Source: Aplysia californica (taxonomy: Eukaryota). Taken from it: a stretch of DNA of 57,095 nt. The notes below the pieces were generated by a model. It searched no databases and was not told the DNA's origin. It saw only the letters and a list, made by a program, of their open reading frames with translations. Positions 55,401-57,095 of this stretch are shown piece by piece. The stretch spans positions 1,668,510-1,725,604 of the forward strand of contig NW_004797300.1 of assembly GCF_000002075.1 (NCBI RefSeq). Direction: 5' to 3'. Made by a program: the position numbers and the translations under genes. Numbering within the stretch: the first letter of the stretch is position 1; each line of letters begins with the position of its first letter.

Positions 55401-56671
55401 TTCGTCACACACTTGCAAACATCAAACAAGCATTGTCATGGTAATTGCAAAAATCACTATTTTTGAGGGGAGGGTTGGGTGGTGTGTGGAAGGACAGGGA
55501 GGGGGAGAGGGCGTGCGGGTCATCGTGCCTTGATCAGCCTTGTTCATAACTGAGTGAGGTTTTTTTTTTTGTTTTTTTTCCTCGCTCTCGATGAGTTTTG
55601 TTGAGTTCTTTTATTGGTGGGAGGGGTAGGGTGAGGGCAGTTAATTTTAGGTTTTAAATTTCTTAAAAACAAGAGGGCACAGCCGAACGATTACGTGCTT
55701 GAATTGGGATTTACAATAAAGATTGCTGGCACTGATCCTTCAAAACTCTACTAGCATGACAATTTTGAAGAGATAAGCCAAGTCATTTCGTCACACATAA
55801 TTGGGGTGTGACGAGATGACCATGCCACGAAATGACCGGTCTCCATAGTATGTCGATCTGCAATTCCATTCAACCATTTCGAGAAAAATCCACAAAATAG
55901 CTTTAGACTTGCCAGAATTATGCACTGTGCAGATATTTAAACCAGTCTTTAGAAAGCAGAACTGTATTGACAAAAATTAAAATCACTCATGAATTGGGAG
56001 CAGGTCTACCGATAATACAATGTGATGCAATTTAGCTTCGCAGTAAAGTGCAAGTGAAAGCAGTTATAACAAAATAAAGGGGTGGGGAGGAACAAACAGA
56101 AAATTATATATATATATACAATAGAGCAACCAACACACTACCTTACCCATTGTTTTGAATGTGACATAGATGCGGCAGTCTCGTTCAGGGCAGTGACAAA
56201 TTTGTCCATACTATGCATGAGACTTGTTTGACTCTCTTCATTGCTCTGACCCCAGTCTTTCTGAGCTCGAATAAGAGGGATGTAAATATCTGCAAGCAAA
56301 GCATTGAGTGTTTCTATTGTGTTATGCTTCAGTTCCCCGCAGAATATATCCTTTTCCATTCGATTAGGATCAACATCTTTCTCAGTCCTGTTTCGAAGAA
56401 AGTACAGAACGGTAACTCTGTCCAGCTCCACATCTTTGAGAGTGGCTAAGTTTCCAGTGCAATGAATTTCTCTGGTTGTAACCTCTGATCCATCAGATTT
56501 CTCACAATAAAAGAACAGACGGCAAGGCCCGCCTGCTTTGAGGAATTTATTGACTCTGGCTAAGGTTGTCTCTTCGCACATGAAATCCTCGAGCAGGGTC
56601 GGATTATCATAGCTGCCAAGCTTGAAGCTTTCCTGGATTTTTCCAGCAATCCACCAATGTCTTTCATCCAT
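176..56671 (-). CDS. DNAH5-like: Divergent axonemal dynein heavy chain, DNAH5/DNAH8 (outer-arm gamma)-like; 48 coding exons in window, 3' part (AAA2 onward) outside window
   Basis: Spliced translation gives recognisable dynein motifs: GPLSELERW..KAVLAVLITAKSRLLKKW..ITDAMNDTKDKVKYL (DNAH5/8-type tail), [50 protein letters not shown]-loop GPPGVGKTET, WGCCDE. Canonical splice sites with matching phases; family assignment from recalled motif similarity, no search run. Confidence 0.93.
1115..1254 (-). CDS. Dynein HC exon 47
   Basis: LANKPG..IISPRLTAE; a second in-frame acceptor 6 nt downstream (1248) is possible, phase 1-0. Confidence 0.85.
1706..1893 (-). CDS. Dynein HC exon 46 (AAA1 sensor II region plus insertion)
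   Basis: PQQIHHHFTTQALIGVLKRA..APVN G|gtcagt, phase 2-1. Confidence 0.9.
2360..2583 (-). CDS. Dynein HC exon 45 (AAA1 sensor I region)
   Basis: IPLRRSVGLFMSMD..FRTISMVKPD..KDQ CT|gtgagt, phase 0-2. Confidence 0.93.
2870..3492. repeat. Compound degenerate (CAA/CAC/CAT)n tract
   Basis: Triplet repeat with internal block duplication; source of the spurious poly-Val/Leu ORFs. Confidence 0.9.
3496..3633 (-). CDS. Dynein HC exon 44 (AAA1 Walker B)
   Basis: DGCWGCCDEAQSL..VDGTE|gtatga, phase 0-0. Confidence 0.93.
3647..4085 (+). mobile_element. MITE family A, full copy (about 430 bp)
   Basis: Inverted core aatcaggcgctcgtcaa (3666-3682) / ttgacgagcgcctgatt (4048-4064); body similar to copies at 11479, 37874 and 42099. 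Confidence 0.8.
4623..4721 (-). CDS. Dynein HC exon 43
   Basis: GLANILG..IGKIAQGMAM|gtatgt, phase 0-0. Confidence 0.92.
5142..5344 (-). CDS. Dynein HC exon 42 (AAA1 Walker A)
   Basis: YEYGKEFYG..GPPGVGKTETIK|gtgaga, phase 1-0. Confidence 0.95.
5390..5575 (-). repeat. Short interspersed repeat family B (about 180 bp), copy 1
   Basis: gcacttgcaacaaagttaggtcatata..gagataaggacga..cacccgtcaaccaccc shared with five other copies. Confidence 0.75.
8188..8211 (-). CDS. Candidate 24-nt acidic microexon (DDEDEDDE)
   Basis: catctacag|ATGATGAAGATGAGGACGATGAGG|gtaaat, phase 1-1. Confidence 0.5.
8762..8960 (+). mobile_element. MITE family A, partial left half
   Basis: atgtgtcacgccacggtgaaatccggc..aaagcctgttcattt..gtaaaattagc similar to the 3647 copy; right boundary approximate. 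Confidence 0.55.
9505..9549 (-). CDS. Candidate 45-nt cassette microexon (VQQIPGSAGGERSQT)
   Basis: ctttctcccacag|..CAG|gtgagc, open, phase 1-1 matching the flanking exons. Confidence 0.55.
10321..10438 (-). CDS. Dynein HC exon 41
   Basis: QSTYLKDI..DFEWRRSVRCY..PAS G|gtttgt, phase 0-1. Confidence 0.9.
10934..11158 (-). CDS. Dynein HC exon 40
   Basis: YPSQVCRLGLLYHW..RVRIEAMIT|gtaagt, phase 0-0. Confidence 0.93.
11479..11902 (+). mobile_element. MITE family A, diverged full copy
   Basis: atgcgtcacagcatggtggaatca..taaagcttgttcatttg..atggacataa..gagcacctgat..gccacacaaat. Confidence 0.7.
11970..12104 (-). CDS. Dynein HC exon 39
   Basis: VTLSDGVEVWLGKL..EEWALK|gtaagg, phase 0-0. Confidence 0.93.
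12403..12416. promoter_or_regulatory. RFX X-box motif (intron 38)
   Basis: GTCACCATGGTAAC fits the consensus GTNRCCATRGYAAC; RFX factors regulate ciliary genes; function untested. Confidence 0.5.
12890..13021 (-). CDS. Dynein HC exon 38
   Basis: NINPSVM..HSADGEVLSLIDK, phase 0-0. Confidence 0.9.
13610..13841 (-). CDS. Dynein HC exon 37 (linker insertion)
   Basis: SIFSAIADVKL..LHQHY|gtaagt, phase 2-0. Confidence 0.88.
14155..14354 (-). CDS. Dynein HC exon 36 (not in ORF track)
   Basis: [31 protein letters not shown], phase 0-2. Confidence 0.95.
14806..14898 (-). CDS. Dynein HC exon 35
   Basis: [16 protein letters not shown]..NVLQ, phase 0-0. Confidence 0.95.
15731..15872 (-). CDS. Dynein HC exon 34
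   Basis: [21 protein letters not shown], phase 2-0. Confidence 0.95.
16141..16215 (-). mobile_element. MITE family A, terminal fragment
   Basis: atttgtgtggtatcgcagtgaaatcaggtactcgtcaaaataatgaaat matches the reverse complement of the right end of the 3647 copy. Confidence 0.6.
16502..16623 (-). CDS. Dynein HC exon 33
   Basis: VLNFDHYKKRG..LATMLTS, phase 0-2. Confidence 0.92.
16968..17052. repeat. (ATG)n microsatellite
   Basis: Direct reading. Confidence 0.95.
17368..17464 (-). CDS. Dynein HC exon 32
   Basis: HKTEIEEICKGASRELELE..EEW, phase 2-0. Confidence 0.92.
18089..18198 (-). CDS. Dynein HC exon 31 (not in ORF track)
   Basis: EIRNRHWLQVM..LLDIGLI, conserved RHW, phase 0-2. Confidence 0.93.
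21690..21821 (-). CDS. Dynein HC exon 30
   Basis: VEGYWDECLALPSKLKDWDAYNDLK..PLLQKLASK, phase 0-0. Confidence 0.93.
22239..22344 (+). repeat. 106-bp near-identical direct repeat, copy 1
   Basis: tatgtctcattataacgcc..gttccaaaaaacaa; one mismatch seen against 23405-23510. Confidence 0.9.
22671..22784 (-). CDS. Dynein HC exon 29 (start of DHC_N2/linker)
   Basis: ELDLLSQLYGLF..LWAEVDLEGSSAE, phase 0-0. Confidence 0.92.
23405..23510 (+). repeat. 106-bp near-identical direct repeat, copy 2
   Basis: Matches 22239-22344. Confidence 0.9.
23909..24121 (-). CDS. Dynein HC exon 28
   Basis: TFVVEV..GPAVPGIQPAEAVSRL..LFGI..KTGE, phase 0-0. Confidence 0.93.
24912..25088 (+). repeat. Repeat family B, copy 2 (opposite orientation)
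   Basis: gtggctggttagcaggtgctcaggtgtgg..gttgcaagtgcagtaaaactcttactaaaac. Confidence 0.75.
25120..25280 (-). repeat. Repeat family B, copy 3
   Basis: gcacttgcaacacaattaagtcatataagtgcc..ttacaagagag..agcaaactacatcagagcaccc. Confidence 0.75.
25320..25476 (-). CDS. Dynein HC exon 27
   Basis: EFELRLPRKEVEEVDSLREKW..DKQVK|gtatgt, phase 2-0. Confidence 0.92.
25668..25950. repeat. Tandem 61/62-bp repeat (123-bp higher-order unit) derived from the 3' end of exon 26 and its donor
   Basis: Alternating A and B units; identical sequence at a 123-bp offset (e.g. 25741 and 25864). Confidence 0.9.
25895..26070 (-). CDS. Dynein HC exon 26
   Basis: KKLDSVV..IYLPIETMYSKL AG|gtgtgt, phase 0-2. Confidence 0.9.
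26729..26890 (-). CDS. Dynein HC exon 25
   Basis: VERYLYLEKK..AWKTKFASVLHEEAK, phase 0-0. Confidence 0.92.
27207..27783 (+). mobile_element. Internally deleted Tc1-like DNA transposon
   Basis: About 27-bp imperfect TIRs (CAGACTTCAACATAAGTTATGGACCAC / GTGGTCCTTAACTTTTCTTGAAGTTTG), TA on both flanks, contains a transposase N-terminal fragment. Confidence 0.85.
27548..27742 (+). pseudogene. Tc1 transposase N-terminal HTH fragment
   Basis: MPPRRKLRDFDRARAMAWLQDG..REVARRLAVSHTVI..GRPKKTT; DDE domain absent. Confidence 0.85.
28137..28267 (-). CDS. Dynein HC exon 24
   Basis: LGGLVHRHLFHFSYYNFLWRDD..IKRE, phase 1-0. Confidence 0.9.
28973..29077 (-). CDS. Dynein HC exon 23
   Basis: ISWMSESGDESFY..LTSVID, phase 1-1. 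Confidence 0.88.
29480..29650 (-). mobile_element. Possible decayed tRNA-derived SINE
   Basis: B-box-like gagttcaattctc on the minus strand; loose similarity to about 1990-2155. Confidence 0.3.
29894..30006 (-). CDS. Dynein HC exon 22
   Basis: FEVNVKFSIPNIIVEPTLDVVQ..EANS; donor probably G|gcaagt (alternative weak GT would end the exon at 29897), phase 2-1. Confidence 0.88.
30405..30551 (-). CDS. Dynein HC exon 21 (Ser/Gly-rich insertion)
   Basis: GSAGNSRVNS..VLSTPL CA|gtgagt, phase 2-2. Confidence 0.85.
31777..31960 (-). CDS. Dynein HC exon 20
   Basis: HFKDQVFQAVLGATTKSL..YGNYF, phase 1-2. Confidence 0.85.
32395..32470. repeat. (CT)n/(CTAT)n microsatellite
   Basis: Direct reading. Confidence 0.95.
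32527..32721. other. Assembly gap interrupting coding exon 19
   Basis: N run; exon 19 enters in phase 0 and exon 20 needs phase 1, so coding bases and a donor are hidden here. Confidence 0.9.
32722..32832 (-). CDS. Dynein HC exon 19 (3' end lost in assembly gap)
   Basis: ctcag|PDSKQALKEKKLQLMLDDDEHEKEKQLAAMEEAYVVE runs into Ns; GC-rich coding-like sequence. Confidence 0.8.
35228..35494. repeat. Degenerate (TG)n tract running into a gap
   Basis: Direct reading. Confidence 0.9.
37053..37160 (-). CDS. Dynein HC exon 18 (probable; symmetric basic exon)
   Basis: ttgtttacag|EYTITLKSVALARSTIMSKLRNIRQKATDRTHTSKS|gtatgc, 108 nt, open, phase 0-0; no homology support. Confidence 0.6.
37646..37800. 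repeat. (GA)n/(GACA)n microsatellite
   Basis: Direct reading. Confidence 0.95.
37874..38308 (-). mobile_element. MITE family A, full copy, reverse orientation
   Basis: atttgtgaggcattgtgctgaaatcaggcgctcgtt..ctaattttacctctgaaaccaggcaac..gataagcgcctgattccaccatgtcatgacacat. Confidence 0.8.
39551..39676 (-). CDS. Dynein HC exon 17
   Basis: PVENFNKEM..MLTTKK|gtagg, phase 0-0. Confidence 0.88.
40240..40394 (-). CDS. Dynein HC exon 16
   Basis: AFLHQIH..AFSRTW|gtaag, phase 1-0. Confidence 0.9.
40425..40600 (-). repeat. Repeat family B, copy 4
   Basis: gcacttgcaacacaactaggtcatataagtaccgaagatt..gagataaggacga. Confidence 0.75.
40941..41059 (-). CDS. Dynein HC exon 15
   Basis: EVCQSIP..LQPGLSTLAWNSMNI, phase 2-1. 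Confidence 0.93.
41335..41475 (-). CDS. Dynein HC exon 14
   Basis: VLELIHEAKWMTRLGIQIP..VLSDF, phase 2-2. Confidence 0.93.
42099..42534 (+). mobile_element. MITE family A, full copy
   Basis: atgtggcacgacatgctggaatcaggcgct..ggggttgcctggtttcagaggtaaaattagc..ttttgacgagcg..gatgcctcacatat. Confidence 0.8.
43356..43478. repeat. (ATT)n microsatellite
   Basis: Direct reading; similar tracts near 13420, 30050 and 31561. Confidence 0.9.
43571..43875 (-). CDS. Dynein HC exon 13
   Basis: [29 protein letters not shown], phase 0-2. Confidence 0.95.
43950..44130 (-). repeat. Repeat family B, copy 5
   Basis: cagcacttgcaacacaattaggtcatataagtgccgaagatt..cacccgccaaccacc. Confidence 0.75.
44949..45069 (-). 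CDS. Dynein HC exon 12
   Basis: FNPIAG..YEGDLDEVQKIYEKHK|gtgagg, phase 2-0. Confidence 0.92.
45379..45515 (-). CDS. Dynein HC exon 11
   Basis: DKDRFDTHYKSF..GLDVIT, phase 0-2. Confidence 0.9.
46221..46398 (-). repeat. Repeat family B, copy 6 (abuts exon 10 donor)
   Basis: cagcactagcaacacaataaggtca..gagataagggcga..cacccgacaaccacccac. Confidence 0.75.
46399..46532 (-). CDS. Dynein HC exon 10
   Basis: EYYPEEE..MLDVESK|gtgggt, phase 1-0. Confidence 0.85.
46603..46727. repeat. Minisatellite, about 31 bp x 4
   Basis: gctctatccgatccttttgaatgactatacc repeated with few changes. Confidence 0.9.
48182..49024. mobile_element. Non-autonomous Tc1/mariner-pogo-type MITE
   Basis: Perfect 12-bp TIR CAGTCGAACCTG / CAGGTTCGACTG, TA on both flanks, subterminal repeats aacggaaacctgt. 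Confidence 0.85.
49984..50241 (-). CDS. Dynein HC exon 9 (acidic insertion)
   Basis: NSNLVLTELLERDD..EEELDIL, donor A|gtaagt, phase 1-1. Confidence 0.85.
50621..50730 (-). CDS. Dynein HC exon 8
   Basis: MGKSLVGIPRP..KDPLT, phase 2-1. Confidence 0.85.
51079..51258 (-). CDS. Dynein HC exon 7 (not in ORF track)
   Basis: RQSIIPG..IMAHFDTFCARVRQVLEVINTMAQFN, acag|..|gtaag, phase 2-2. Confidence 0.9.
51984..52186 (-). CDS. Dynein HC exon 6
   Basis: cag|TPSRGRP..NQPH AA|gtaag, phase 0-2. Confidence 0.85.
52833..53012 (-). CDS. Dynein HC exon 5
   Basis: tag|VTNQLVQACKDYI..NKLK|gtcaag, phase 0-0. Confidence 0.9.
53328..53532 (-). CDS. Dynein HC exon 4
   Basis: ITDAMNDTKDKVKYL..LLTK|gtaaac, phase 2-0. 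Confidence 0.93.
53991..54164 (-). CDS. Dynein HC exon 3 (start of DHC_N1)
   Basis: FLDPNAGPLSELERW..KKWKITDA, phase 2-2. Confidence 0.93.
54868..55019 (-). CDS. Dynein HC exon 2
   Basis: cag|MLRQPEN..SDE AG|gtaat, phase 0-2. Confidence 0.9.
55298..55844. mobile_element. MITE with about 40-bp imperfect TIRs in intron 1
   Basis: ggataccagtaatttcgtcacatggccattttgtcacacc versus reverse complement of right end ggagaccggtcatttcgtggcatggtcatctcgtcacacc; internal catttcgtcacac repeats; no clear TSD. Confidence 0.7.
56147..56671 (-). CDS. Dynein HC exon 1 (start codon)
   Basis: MDERHWW..SKQW; AAG-ATG-G context, in-frame TGA 12 nt upstream, donor TGG|gtaagg, phase 0. Confidence 0.9.
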
Positions 56672-56789
56672 CTTGAATTTTCACTGAACCCAAATGTTTT
56701 GACACTAGCCAATTTTCATGTTAAATCATTCAATCAAGCAGGCTGAGGGAGTTATGCATTTTTCCCGACATAAGACGCCATACTTGTTG

Positions 56790-56845
56790 TTGTTGGTTAC
56801 CAGCGGGATTAATAATCTCGCAAAATCTCGAGTGACTCAATCTTG
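56790..56845 (-). promoter_or_regulatory. Putative proximal promoter with RFX half-site
   Basis: GTTACCAG at 56796-56803 about 125 bp upstream of the ATG, with nearby TCTCG motifs and a local CpG rise. Confidence 0.3.
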
Positions 56846-57095
56846 GTTTTCATACGTAAAAGAAGTTTAGATTTCACAGGTCGGACTGTCTTTATTTCAA
56901 CAATTTAATTGGAAGGCATAATGTTCTTGAAAGAATAATAATATTCTATTATAGTTGACGATAGAAGTAGTGTGAGATGGTAAAGGGGATTAATATAATT
57001 GAAGTAGTGTATATGCGCACGAGTGTGTGTGTGTGTGTGTGCGTGTGTGTGTGTGTGTGTGCGTATGCGTATGTGTGTGTCTTTGTGTGCGTGGG

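Noticed and set aside
176-56671. Interpretation of the gene as a pseudogene or as cytoplasmic dynein
   Set aside because: No stops or frameshifts across 48 exons; tail motifs are DNAH5/8-like rather than DYNC1H1/DYNC2H1-like

Overview
Eukaryotic (animal; the AT-rich, microsatellite- and MITE-rich introns and scaffold gaps suggest an invertebrate such as a mollusc, which is inference only) genomic DNA. Almost the whole window is the 5' part of one minus-strand axonemal dynein heavy chain gene. I traced 48 coding exons by hand from ATG 56671 to 176, with consistent splice phases at every junction I could check; exon 19 ends in an N gap. They encode about 2,650 aa: tail (DHC_N1), linker (DHC_N2) and AAA1, and the gene continues past the left edge at AAA2. 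The tail resembles the outer-arm gamma-type DNAH5/DNAH8 family, but the protein is strongly divergent. AAA1 keeps Walker A and the Walker B DE pair, but sensor-I Asn, sensor-II Arg and the DEFNR, GYAGR and RLVITP motifs are replaced, and long low-complexity loops are inserted in the tail, linker and AAA1. Introns contain two candidate frame-preserving microexons, a likely GC-AG intron, a tandem amplification of an exon end with its splice donor, a consensus RFX X-box, several MITEs, an internally deleted Tc1 element, and a short repeat family that sits next to exon boundaries. No RNA genes or CRISPR arrays were recognised.
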